Assembly: GCA_900555495.1 (NCBI GenBank)
Contig: USLD01000001.1
Coordinates: 1-38,454 of the forward strand
Direction: 5' to 3'
From: an uncultured Slackia sp.
GTDB lineage: Bacteria; Actinomycetota; Coriobacteriia; Coriobacteriales; Eggerthellaceae
Length of the DNA: 38,454 bases
Made by a program: the position numbers and the translations under genes. This document shows, one piece after another, positions 26,748 to 36,106 of this stretch. Position 1 is the stretch's first letter. Each line of letters starts with the position of its first letter. The notes beneath the pieces were generated by a model, which was not told the origin of the DNA, made no database searches, and saw only the letters and a list, made by a program, of their open reading frames with translations.

Positions 26748-28076
26748 CTACTCCGCTTCCGACGCCTGAACCTCCCGATTCGCAGCGGCGGACGTACGCG
26801 TCACGCGCAACTGGGAAACACGGCGGCGGCGCATCTGCTGGACCTTGAACACATATCCATCGACGACGAACTCGTCGCCCAGCTGAGGCACGCGGTCGAA
26901 CCTGTCCATCAGCCAGCCCACGACGGTTTCATAGCTCTCGTCTTCTTTCACGGGCCACCCGAGCTCGACGGCCTCGTCGCACGGAATAGACCCCGCAGCA
27001 AGCCATTCGTTATCGGACAGGCGCGTGACGTGCTCGTTTTCGCCGAAGTCGGTTTCGTCGACGATTTCGCCGACGATTTCTTCGACGATATCCTCGATGG
27101 TAATTAAACCGGCTGTTCCGCCGTACTCGTCGACAACGATCGCCATCTGTTGACGATTCGTTTGCATCTCGTTGAGCAGGGGCAGCAATGCCTTGCTCTC
27201 GGGCACGAAGCCCGCTTCCGCCATGTACTGGTCGACCGCGTCGGCCTCCTTGTCGTCGAGCAGCGGATTGATCAAATCCTTGTAGCGAACGACGCCCACG
27301 ACGTTATCGAGATCGTCATGATAGACGGGAAGACGCGAATAGCCCGTGCCGCGCATACGGTCGAGCACCTGGCGCACCGTTTCGGTGTCTTCGGCGGCGA
27401 TCATGTCGACGCGCGGGGTCATGGCATCCTCGGCCGTAGCGTCGCCCAAGTCGAGCACCTCGTGGATCATACGCTTCTCGTCGTCGTCCAGCTCTTCGTT
27501 GTCGGCCACGATGTAGCGAATCTCTTCCTCGGAAACCTCCTGGCGCTCGTCGGCGCTCTTCACGCCCATCAGACGGGCGATCAAGTTCGCGGAAGCCGCC
27601 GTAAAACGCACGATAGGGCTCGCGACCTTCTGGAACACCTTCAAGGGGCCGGCGACGGTTTTGGAAACCGATTCGGCCGATGCCAACGCGATACGCTTAG
27701 GCACGAGCTCGCCGATGACGATGCTGAAATACGACACGATCAGCGTGATCAGGACGGGAGCCAAAGCGGGTGCGGCGAAAGCCAGCCAATCGATGCCGAA
27801 CGACGACATCCATTGCGCCAGCGGGTCGGAAAGATTCGTCGCCGCGGCGGCCGAGGCGAAAAATCCTACCAGCGTGATCGCGACCTGGATGGTTGCCAGA
27901 AAGCGGTCGGAATCGGAAGCGAGCTCGAGAGCGGTAGCCGCCTTCTTGGAGCCTTCCTCCGCCTCCTTTTGAAGAACGACCCTGCGCGCATTGACCAGGG
28001 CCATCTCCGATGCGGAAAAATACCCGTTCACCAGGATGAGAACGAACGTGACCAGAATGCTTATGCCGACGTCCAT
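26748..28076 (-). CDS. HlyC/CorC (CNNM-CBS-CorC) family transporter
   Basis: NGYFSASEMAL, GELVPKRIA, MTPR, GYSRLPVY and VVDEYGGTAGLITIEDIVEEIVGEI. Confidence 0.95.
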   Translation of the reverse strand: MDVGISILVTFVLILVNGYFSASEMALVNARRVVLQKEAEEGSKKAATALELASDSDRFLATIQVAITLVGFFASAAAATNLSDPLAQWMSSFGIDWLAFAAPALAPVLITLIVSYFSIVIGELVPKRIALASAESVSKTVAGPLKVFQKVASPIVRFTAASANLIARLMGVKSADERQEVSEEEIRYIVADNEELDDDEKRMIHEVLDLGDATAEDAMTPRVDMIAAEDTETVRQVLDRMRGTGYSRLPVYHDDLDNVVGVVRYKDLINPLLDDKEADAVDQYMAEAGFVPESKALLPLLNEMQTNRQQMAIVVDEYGGTAGLITIEDIVEEIVGEIVDETDFGENEHVTRLSDNEWLAAGSIPCDEAVELGWPVKEDESYETVVGWLMDRFDRVPQLGDEFVVDGYVFKVQQMRRRRVSQLRVTRTSAAANREVQASEAE

Positions 28077-28134
28077 GAGGATATGTCACAACCTTTTCAA
28101 GCTCGCCGCCTGCCAGGCGGATAAACACACGCGC

Positions 28135-28974
28135 TTAGAGCACGTACAACACGATGGAAAGGAACTGCAGCACGCTGCCCGCGAGCACCCACACGTGGAA
28201 CACGGTATGCATGTAGGGAACCTTCTTCAACACATAGAAGATGCAGCCGATGCTGTAGCAAATGCCGCCCGCCAGCAGCAGCATAAGGCCGGGGAACGGC
28301 AAGCTGGCGATCAATGGCGGCAAAAAGCCGACCACGCACCAGCCCAAAAGCAGATAGATGACCGCGGAAATCCAGCGAGGGCGGAATACCCAGAACGCCT
28401 CGAGCGCCACGCCCACGATGGCCAGCGCCCACACGGCCAGACACAGCAGCATGCCGTTGGAATCGGCCAGCGTGATCAAGCAGAAGGGCGTGTAGCTGCC
28501 CGCGATGAACAGATAAATCGCCGAGTGGTCGATAACCTTGAACACTTTCTTGGCGGGAATGGGAACCAACGCGTGATAGAGCGTGGAAGCGACGTATTCG
28601 AGCAGCATCGAGATGGTGTAGATCAACGCCGCCGCCAGGGCCACGCCGCCGCCGTGGGAAACAGCCGTCACGACGCAGATGGGAATGGCCGCCACGGCGA
28701 GCGCGGCGCCGATGCCATGCGAGATGGAGTTGGCGATTTCCTCGCCCACCGTGTACTCGCGCACGTTCTTCTTCGAGCGCGGCGCGCCGACCGATGCGCC
28801 TGAGCGCTTAGCGGCTCGCTTTTCGGCTTTCTCTTCCGCACGCGACTTCTTGAAATTGGAAATCTCCCACGCATGGGATGCAGAAGATGCGCTGACCGCA
28901 GCCTCGCTCGAAGCGGCGACAGCCGCGCAAGACGCCCCGTCTGAAACATTGTTTTTCTTCGTCATAGTATCCAT
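28135..28974 (-). CDS. Hemolysin III / PAQR family membrane protein (TrhA-like)
   Basis: EEIANSISHG, STLYH, DHSAIYLFIAGSYTP and H..FH..V. The start was chosen from an extended -10 located 7 nt upstream. Confidence 0.93.
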   Translation of the reverse strand: MDTMTKKNNVSDGASCAAVAASSEAAVSASSASHAWEISNFKKSRAEEKAEKRAAKRSGASVGAPRSKKNVREYTVGEEIANSISHGIGAALAVAAIPICVVTAVSHGGGVALAAALIYTISMLLEYVASTLYHALVPIPAKKVFKVIDHSAIYLFIAGSYTPFCLITLADSNGMLLCLAVWALAIVGVALEAFWVFRPRWISAVIYLLLGWCVVGFLPPLIASLPFPGLMLLLAGGICYSIGCIFYVLKKVPYMHTVFHVWVLAGSVLQFLSIVLYVL

Positions 28975-29146
28975 GAACGACATTCTAGCATGGGGCGTCC
29001 CGACCGAAGCATCGGCTCGGCGTGCGTTACCAATCCATCACGCAAGGCCCCGATGTGGGGTTTTTCTGCCCGAAAGAAGACGTTGGAACATAAAACGAGC
29101 GACGGGCATCCGATACGTTTCTCGATGCGCCTCGATAGAGCGCGCC

Positions 29147-31267
29147 TTATGCGGCGCCCTCGGCATCTTCGCGCACGCAGGACGACCCGCGCGGGCGCAC
29201 CCATTCCATCCAGCGTTCGGCCTCTTCTTCGGATACGTCCCACAACTGCTCGGTGGTGCCGCCGACGCCTGCGGCCGTTCGCGCGTTCACGATAGCTACA
29301 TGCGCCGCCCGCTGGAACGGATTGGTCTTCGTGAACCCATACTGGATCTTCTTGCGCGGAAGCACCACGGTCTTTCGCGACAAGCCTCCGTTGGTGACGC
29401 TCATGAACGAACGGTCGTACCCGAGCGCCGACGAGCGATACCACAGCACCGCGTCTACCGCGTTCAGCACGGCGGCGATGATGTAGAGCGAGCCGACCGC
29501 CGCGAAACCGATTTCTATCATCGCGAATACGCCGGCATCGACCGAAAAAGCGCCCGACCGCAAGCCGGCCTCGAAGCCGAGCCGCCCCAAGATGGACCCG
29601 ACCATCAGCCAGAACACGGAGCTGCGAATGACGGTCTTGCGAACAATGGCGCGACGCAGCGCCACAGGGGCAGGCTTCACGGTTTCCTGCGGAATATCTG
29701 CAAACTCAGGCAACACGCCGGCGATGATTTCGGGCACGCGATCGACCTTCACAAAGGGATGGACCACCATGCCGCGCACCGACATCTGGCCCTCCTGGCT
29801 ATCCTGCGACGCGGAATCGATCTTTCCCACCGAAAGCTCGCAGTATCCGATCAAACGGCGAACGAACGATTGCTTCACAATGACGGTTTGCACGCGATCG
29901 ACATCGATTCCATGGAACGTGCGCTGCAATAGGCCATGCTCCACCTCGATGCGGCTTTCGCGGCGGCGCGCCTTGAAGCCTCCATACTGGACGATGGTGC
30001 CGACGACCGAAAACGCCCAGAGAGCCAAAACCGACACGATAGCCCACAGCGCCACTTGCCATGCGAACGACCCGAACAGGCCTCCCAGCATGTCGACGCC
30101 CTGCATCGACGACGATGCGCCGGCCATCATGCCGTCGACGGAACTTTCTACCCATTCTTCGATATTGGATTCGAAGAACTGCGCCACGGCGCCCGCCAAG
30201 CCGATGATGCCCGCAATGATCACGCCGAAATGCCCTGCAGCGCCCGACAAGCCCGCGAAGAACAACTCTTTGTTGCTCAAGCCGGCCTCGTACGAAACGG
30301 AGCCCGTAGCCACCTCTTGCCCGCCGAACACGCCGCGCATATCGGACAAAAGCTCATCGGCCCCGTCAAGAAGATTGCCCTCCGTCGCGGGCCGGACCGC
30401 TTCCGCCGAAGCCGAACGGTCGATAGGCCGGTCAAGCATCGCGGGATCGGCTCCGAAGGCGATTCCAGCCGAACGCTCGTCCCCGCCGGCACACGCGATG
30501 ATCCATGCCGAAGGAATAACCGCGCCGCCGACGAACGCAGTGCCGAACTCATCGAGCGCACCGCCTGCCAACAGGACTTTTTTACGACGGAACAGCTCGG
30601 AGCGCAACGCTTCCGCTTCAGACGTGCGCACATAGCGGAGCAGAACCGCGTCGTTTGCAGCGCCGCCGGCCGTATCGATCTTCACATTGCAGATTCCCAA
30701 AACACGCTGCATCACGCCCGCCTGCTGATTGACCGACTGGATGCGCTGATAGGGCACGTGGCGCCGTTTTTTGTTGATAATTCCCGAAAAGAGCGAGAAT
30801 TCCGTCGGGGTGAGTTCGTAGCTGAGGTTCTTCCATGAAAGCCACTGCACCGAAAACACGATGCCGCCGATAACGAGAGCCATCACAATGCCGACGCCCG
30901 CCGCGATAAGCAGAGCGACGATGGAAGAAAGGCCTCCTTCGATCAGAGAAATGATCGACCCGAGCGAGGAAATGACCACCGCGACGGCAATGGCGCCCAA
31001 AGCGGAAAGGCCGCCGAGCCATATATACGAATGGTGCACGGAATGCTTGCCCGGGCGCAACGATACGGGAACGGCGTTACGCGGGTCGTTCGGGGGAAGA
31101 GCCACGGCGCCGCCGCGCGCATAGGAGACCAGCGAGTCGCGATACGCCTGCCATTCGGCATTCAGGGGCGCAGGGAAGGACACGGCCGTCTGCTGCTCTT
31201 CGGAAACACGGGCGGAATCTTCCATAGAAGGCGACCGATCGGTCTGCATAGAGCGGGAATCGACCAT
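29147..31267 (-). CDS. YdbT-like bacterial PH-domain membrane protein
   Basis: Three bPH_2-like repeats (PYQRIQSV..QRVLG..KIDTAGG; DVDRVQTV..RRLIG; PRKKIQ..PFQR..RTAAG) alternating with TM pairs. Confidence 0.88.
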   Translation of the reverse strand: MVDSRSMQTDRSPSMEDSARVSEEQQTAVSFPAPLNAEWQAYRDSLVSYARGGAVALPPNDPRNAVPVSLRPGKHSVHHSYIWLGGLSALGAIAVAVVISSLGSIISLIEGGLSSIVALLIAAGVGIVMALVIGGIVFSVQWLSWKNLSYELTPTEFSLFSGIINKKRRHVPYQRIQSVNQQAGVMQRVLGICNVKIDTAGGAANDAVLLRYVRTSEAEALRSELFRRKKVLLAGGALDEFGTAFVGGAVIPSAWIIACAGGDERSAGIAFGADPAMLDRPIDRSASAEAVRPATEGNLLDGADELLSDMRGVFGGQEVATGSVSYEAGLSNKELFFAGLSGAAGHFGVIIAGIIGLAGAVAQFFESNIEEWVESSVDGMMAGASSSMQGVDMLGGLFGSFAWQVALWAIVSVLALWAFSVVGTIVQYGGFKARRRESRIEVEHGLLQRTFHGIDVDRVQTVIVKQSFVRRLIGYCELSVGKIDSASQDSQEGQMSVRGMVVHPFVKVDRVPEIIAGVLPEFADIPQETVKPAPVALRRAIVRKTVIRSSVFWLMVGSILGRLGFEAGLRSGAFSVDAGVFAMIEIGFAAVGSLYIIAAVLNAVDAVLWYRSSALGYDRSFMSVTNGGLSRKTVVLPRKKIQYGFTKTNPFQRAAHVAIVNARTAAGVGGTTEQLWDVSEEEAERWMEWVRPRGSSCVREDAEGAA

Positions 31268-31270
31268 GGT

Positions 31271-31762
31271 TTACACGTCCTCTTGGGCAAGACGGGCCTG
31301 CGTGGCGATGCGATCGCGCAAAACATCGGCCTCTTCGAATGCGAGACCCGGAATCGCATGCTCGCCCGCCGCTGTGGACACGGTAACGCTAGCAAGGCCG
31401 AACGCACGCAACACAGGCCCCTGCTTGGTATCGGTATTCTGAACGCGCACGAACGGAATCACCGAGCGCGTGCGCCAGATGATGCCCTTGGCGATGTCGA
31501 GTTCGTTTTCGCCCACTTCGTAACGCCAGCGCATGTAACGCAAGGGCGGTATGACGACCACCGCCGCGAGCAGCGCGAGCACCCATGCCGCCGTCATGGC
31601 CGCGACGACCATCCAGGCCCAACCCGCCAAAGGGTCGCTCATGGCCACGATGAAGAACGTGAACGCGCAGGCCAGATAGGTCGCGGTGATCCACAGCGCA
31701 TCGCCGATGCACCAGACGCTTTTCACCTTGGGGTTCAGCTGGCTCTGGGGCAAAGGCCTCAT
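31271..31762 (-). CDS. YdbS-like bacterial PH-domain membrane protein
   Basis: RY.RWRY, IPFVRVQNTDT.QGP..R.FGLASV.V.TAA and H.IPGL. RBS AGGAG precedes ATG 31762. Confidence 0.9.
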   Translation of the reverse strand: MRPLPQSQLNPKVKSVWCIGDALWITATYLACAFTFFIVAMSDPLAGWAWMVVAAMTAAWVLALLAAVVVIPPLRYMRWRYEVGENELDIAKGIIWRTRSVIPFVRVQNTDTKQGPVLRAFGLASVTVSTAAGEHAIPGLAFEEADVLRDRIATQARLAQEDV

Positions 31763-32097
31763 ATCCGCACTCCTGTCGCGCTTCAAGAACGAATCGGTCC
31801 GCCGACAGCGCAGTCGAAACGAAGCTCGAAACCCGCGCATATTTTTCGGCAGTGTAAAACTATGCAATCAGTATACAGACGATATATCAAATCCTGTAAA
31901 CAGAAAGAAAACGGCCGGGATTTGCAGAATGTTCGGCTAAACACGCTCATTCGATGCATGCTCGCGCATGCGCGCCGCCCATTTTTCTCCCTCGGGTACA
32001 ATAAACCCTCGAACACCGCGGGCCGGCTTAGCCCGCATTCGTAGAGCGTCCGGAGCAAACGCGCCGGGCGCATGTCATCCCCAACAAAGGAAGCCCC

Positions 32098-33606
32098 ATG
32101 AGCACCCTGCCCTCTCTTTCGCTGAAACACCTTGTCGAACTGCTGAATGCAGCGGGATGCGCGGCACGCCTCGAAGGCGACAATGCGCAGGTCGGCGGCA
32201 TGACGGTCGATTCGCGCGAAGCCGCGCCCGGGTGCCTGTTCGTCTGCAAGGGCGCCTCGTTCAAACCCGCGTTCCTCGCATCGGCGATCGACGCGGGCGC
32301 CACGGCGTACCTGTGCGACGAAACGCTCGCCGACGCCGTCGCGCAAGCAGGCGGCGACACGCCTCGCATCGTCGCGTACGACGTGCGCCGCGCCATGGCG
32401 CTCGTGGCCGCCGAGGCCTACGGCAGGCCCGACGAACGCTTGAACATCATCGGCATCACGGGTACGAAGGGCAAATCCACCACGGCCTACATGCTGCGAT
32501 CCATCTTCACCGCCGCAGGTGCCGAGACGTCCATCCTGGGCTCGATCGAAACCGACGACGGCGTCGAGCGCTACGAAAGCCACAACACCACGCCCGAAGC
32601 CCCCGAACTGTGGCGTCACCTGCGCAACACCGAAGAGGCCGGGCGCGAAATCATGGTGATGGAAGTGTCGAGCCACGGCCTGAAATACGACCGCGTGCTG
32701 GGGCTGCATCTGAACACCGCGTGCTTCCTCAACATCGGCCGCGATCACATCTCTCCCGTCGAGCATGCCGATTTCGAAGACTACTTCTCTTCGAAGCTGC
32801 GCATCTTCGATCAGTGCGAGACCGCCGTGGTGAATCTCGACTCCGACCATGCCGATCGCGTGCTTGAAGCCGCGAAATCTGCGAAACGCCTGGTCACATT
32901 CGCGATTGAACGAAATGGCGGCACGCAGGCCGACTACCTGGCGCGCAATATCGTCACCTCCGAGCGAGGCATTTCCTTCACAGTCGAAGCCGAAGGCGAA
33001 TCCCACGCCATGACGCTCGGCATGGCGGGCGCCTTCAACGTGTCCAACGCCCTGGCCGCCATCGCCATGGCGCGCCTTGCGGGCGTAAGCTTCGACGCGA
33101 TCGCCGCGGGCCTTGAGCACGTGCGCGTGCCCGGCCGCATGGAGCTCGTGGCCTCCGCCGACGGACGCGTCGTCTGCATCGTCGACTATGCTCACAACGA
33201 GCTTTCGTTCGAAACCCTGTTCTCGTCCGTGGCCAAGGAATATCCGGGACGCAAGGTGATCGCCGTCTTCGGCGCGCCGGGCGGCAAGGCGATCGAGCGC
33301 CGCGAATGCCTGCCCCACGTTGCCGGCCGCTACGCCGACTTGATCATCTACACCGAAGAAGACCCTGCTCACGAGCGCGTCGAGGACATCTGCGCCGAGC
33401 TCGCAGCCAACACCCCTGCAGGCGTGGCGCACGAGGAAATCTACGACCGCGAGGCGGCCGTCGCGCGCGCGTTCGAGGCCGCAGGCGACGAAGCGGCCGT
33501 CGTGCTGCTGTTGGCGAAAGGCGACGAAACCACCCAGCATCGCGGCGACGACTACCCCGAAATCAAGAGCGACCTGGCGCTCGCCCGCGAAATCCTGAAC
33601 GCCTAA
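32098..33606 (+). CDS. murE: UDP-N-acetylmuramyl-tripeptide synthetase (Mur ligase)
   Basis: DSR, GITGTKGKST, NTTPEA, MEVSSH, NIGRDH, VPGRME, VDYAHN and AKG.E. Confidence 0.92.
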   Translation: MSTLPSLSLKHLVELLNAAGCAARLEGDNAQVGGMTVDSREAAPGCLFVCKGASFKPAFLASAIDAGATAYLCDETLADAVAQAGGDTPRIVAYDVRRAMALVAAEAYGRPDERLNIIGITGTKGKSTTAYMLRSIFTAAGAETSILGSIETDDGVERYESHNTTPEAPELWRHLRNTEEAGREIMVMEVSSHGLKYDRVLGLHLNTACFLNIGRDHISPVEHADFEDYFSSKLRIFDQCETAVVNLDSDHADRVLEAAKSAKRLVTFAIERNGGTQADYLARNIVTSERGISFTVEAEGESHAMTLGMAGAFNVSNALAAIAMARLAGVSFDAIAAGLEHVRVPGRMELVASADGRVVCIVDYAHNELSFETLFSSVAKEYPGRKVIAVFGAPGGKAIERRECLPHVAGRYADLIIYTEEDPAHERVEDICAELAANTPAGVAHEEIYDREAAVARAFEAAGDEAAVVLLLAKGDETTQHRGDDYPEIKSDLALAREILNA

Positions 33607-33663
33607 ACTTCCGCGGCCCGCAACTGCGGCGCCGTCCATCCACGCATCACCGGAAGGAGACCG

Positions 33664-33945
33664 ATGCCCACCTATATCGCCCACTACAAATCGCCCAATG
33701 GATCGACGCAGGTCTCAGGCGTGTTCGAATTCGAAAGCACCCATCGCGCAGGCTCCAAGCAGAACATGCACGATGCGCGCATGTGCATGCTGCAGTCCTA
33801 CGGCAACGAAGCCGTGGCCTGGCAGATCGATTCCATCGAGGCGAAAAAGGCCGACGAGGCGCGCTCGGACCACCAGATGCAGCTCGACTTCCGCGAGCCG
33901 GCCGAGCATAAGCCCAAGAAGCGCATCGTCCGCGGGTTCAAGTAG
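33664..33945 (+). CDS. Hypothetical protein (93 aa)
   Basis: RBS AAGGAG, typical codon bias, located between murE and a terminator. Confidence 0.8.
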   Translation: MPTYIAHYKSPNGSTQVSGVFEFESTHRAGSKQNMHDARMCMLQSYGNEAVAWQIDSIEAKKADEARSDHQMQLDFREPAEHKPKKRIVRGFK

Positions 33946-34011
33946 GAGCAGCGTCGCCCGCCTTCCGATGCGGACCCATTCAAACACGCTGCCGAACAGG
34001 CGTAACGCAAC

Positions 34012-34060
34012 AAAAAAAAAGACCGAACCGCATGAACGCGCGGTTCGGTCTTTTCGTTTT
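34012..34060. terminator. Bidirectional intrinsic terminator
   Basis: A9-GACCGAACCGC...GCGGTTCGGTC-TTTTCGTTTT. Confidence 0.88.
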
Positions 34061-34105
34061 CCGGGCTTCGCTGGAATGTCGCGGCGAACGCGGCATGGAC
34101 GCGCC

Positions 34106-35968
34106 TTATGCGGCCACGGGGCCCTTCTCGTCCACGAAGTAACGCTTGTACCAGATCAGGAAAGTCAGCGTGGTGTAGATCTTGCGATGGTTGAGCGCGC
34201 GGCCTTCGAAGTGGTCGTCCAGCATGGCCATGAGCTTCTTCGTGTCGAAGAACTCCTCGGCCCACGGCGCGGTGAAGTACTCTTTCACGTAGTCGTAGTA
34301 CTTCTGCTCGCGCAGCCAGAACTTGATCGGCACCGGGAAGCCCTTCTTGGGGCGCGTAGCCCACTCGTCGGGCAGCACGCGGTTGGCCGCATGGCGCAAC
34401 ACCTGCTTGTTGCCATTCTCGTTCACGCGATAGCGCGCGGGAATGTGCTGGGCGAATTCCATGACCTTCTTATCGAGGAAGGGCACGCGCAGCTCGAGCG
34501 AATGCGCCATGCACATCTTGTCGGCCTTGAGCAGGATATCGCCTGGCAGCCACATGTTCATATCGAGGTACTGGCGCTTGGACAGGTCGCAGAAGTTCTG
34601 CACGCGGTCATACACCGGCGCGCACAGGTCGAATGCGTCGGGGCCCTTGGCGTAATCGGGCTTCACCACATCGTCGATTTCGTCGGGACGGTAGATGAAC
34701 GCCTGGCCCGTGAACCACTTCTCGGGCATTTCGGCGGCCTTCAGCAGGAAGTTGCGGCCCTTGAAATACGATTTGTCCGCAACGAACTTGCCCAGGCCGC
34801 GACGGATGCAGCGCGGCACGATGCGCTTGAACCTGGCCAGCGAGGGCACGTCTTCGTAGTAGGCGTAACCCGCGAACAGCTCGTCGGCGCCTTCGCCCGA
34901 AAGCACGACCGTGACCTGCTCGGACGCCAGCTGGGCCAAGAACCACAGCGGCACGCTGGACAAGTTCGACTGAGGCTCGTCCATGTGGTATTGAATCCGG
35001 GGCAGCATCTCGAAGAACTCGTCGGCCGTCACCATCTTGCGGAAATTCTTGATGCCCAGCTTGTCGGAAAGCTCGGCCGCGTAGTTGGTCTCGTTGAAGT
35101 CCTTATAGTCGAAGCCCACCGAGAACGTGTTGTCAGGCATCAGGCATGCGGCGATGTAGCTTGAGTCGACGCCGCCCGAAAGGAACGACCCCACCTTCAC
35201 GTCGGCGATGCGATGGGCCGCCACGCTCTCGTGAACCACCTGGTCGCATTCCTCGACATACTGGTCGAAGGTCTTGGAATCGTCATCGGAGAAATCGGCA
35301 TCCCAGTAACGGCGCACGTCCATCGTGCGCGTGGCCAGGTCATATGTGAAGCAGTGCGCCGCCGGCAGCTTGAAGACGCCTTCGAAGAACGTCTCGTCCG
35401 TCGCGGGGAACTGCATGGTCAGATACGGACGCAGAGCCTGCTTGTTCACGGCCTTCACGAAGCCGGGATGCTCGAGGAAACTCTTGATTTCGCTGCCGTA
35501 AAGCAGGTCGCCCTGGGCGGTGGTGCAGTAATAGAACGGCTTGATGCCGAAGATATCGCGAGCACCGAACAGGCGATTCTTCTTCTTATCCCAGATGACG
35601 AACGCATACATGCCGCGCAGGCGATCGACGACGCCCTCGCCCCACTCTTCGTATCCGTGCAGGAGCGACTCGGTGTCGGCGTCGCAGTGGAACTCGTAGC
35701 CCTTGGCCTCGAGCTCGCGACGAAGCTCCATGAAATTGTAAATCTCGCCGTTGAACGTGACCACCACGCTGCCGTCGGCGTTGCTCATGGGCTGCGAGCC
35801 CGCCTCGGTCAGGTCGAGGATGGACAGGCGACGGAAGCCCATGGCCACGTTATCGGCCAGAAACGCATCGCCCATGTCGGGACCGCGATGCACGATGCGA
35901 TCCATCATGGCCTGCAGGACCTGCTGCCTGTTTTCGATATCACCGGTGAATCCGACGAATCCGCACAT
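34106..35968 (-). CDS. asnB: Asparagine synthase-like glutamine amidotransferase (AsnB/AsnH type)
   Basis: MCG N-terminus, HRGPD, FNGEIYN, FLSGGVDSS, LSGEGADELFAGY and LELRVPFLD. Confidence 0.95.
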   Translation of the reverse strand: MCGFVGFTGDIENRQQVLQAMMDRIVHRGPDMGDAFLADNVAMGFRRLSILDLTEAGSQPMSNADGSVVVTFNGEIYNFMELRRELEAKGYEFHCDADTESLLHGYEEWGEGVVDRLRGMYAFVIWDKKKNRLFGARDIFGIKPFYYCTTAQGDLLYGSEIKSFLEHPGFVKAVNKQALRPYLTMQFPATDETFFEGVFKLPAAHCFTYDLATRTMDVRRYWDADFSDDDSKTFDQYVEECDQVVHESVAAHRIADVKVGSFLSGGVDSSYIAACLMPDNTFSVGFDYKDFNETNYAAELSDKLGIKNFRKMVTADEFFEMLPRIQYHMDEPQSNLSSVPLWFLAQLASEQVTVVLSGEGADELFAGYAYYEDVPSLARFKRIVPRCIRRGLGKFVADKSYFKGRNFLLKAAEMPEKWFTGQAFIYRPDEIDDVVKPDYAKGPDAFDLCAPVYDRVQNFCDLSKRQYLDMNMWLPGDILLKADKMCMAHSLELRVPFLDKKVMEFAQHIPARYRVNENGNKQVLRHAANRVLPDEWATRPKKGFPVPIKFWLREQKYYDYVKEYFTAPWAEEFFDTKKLMAMLDDHFEGRALNHRKIYTTLTFLIWYKRYFVDEKGPVAA

Positions 35969-36073
35969 AAGGCACCTTTCGTAGTTGGCAAGGCCCCTTC
36001 GCGAGGCCCGTTATTCCGAAACGATGATTTTACCGCCCGAAGCCCCTCTTCAGGGGAATTTCGCCATTTCAAT

Positions 36074-36099
36074 AAAAAGGCCCCGCTGAAAACGGGGCC
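36074..36099 (-). terminator. Intrinsic terminator
   Basis: GGCCCCG/CGGGGCC stem followed by T5 on the minus strand. Confidence 0.65.
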
Positions 36100-36106
36100 G
36101 AACGCG

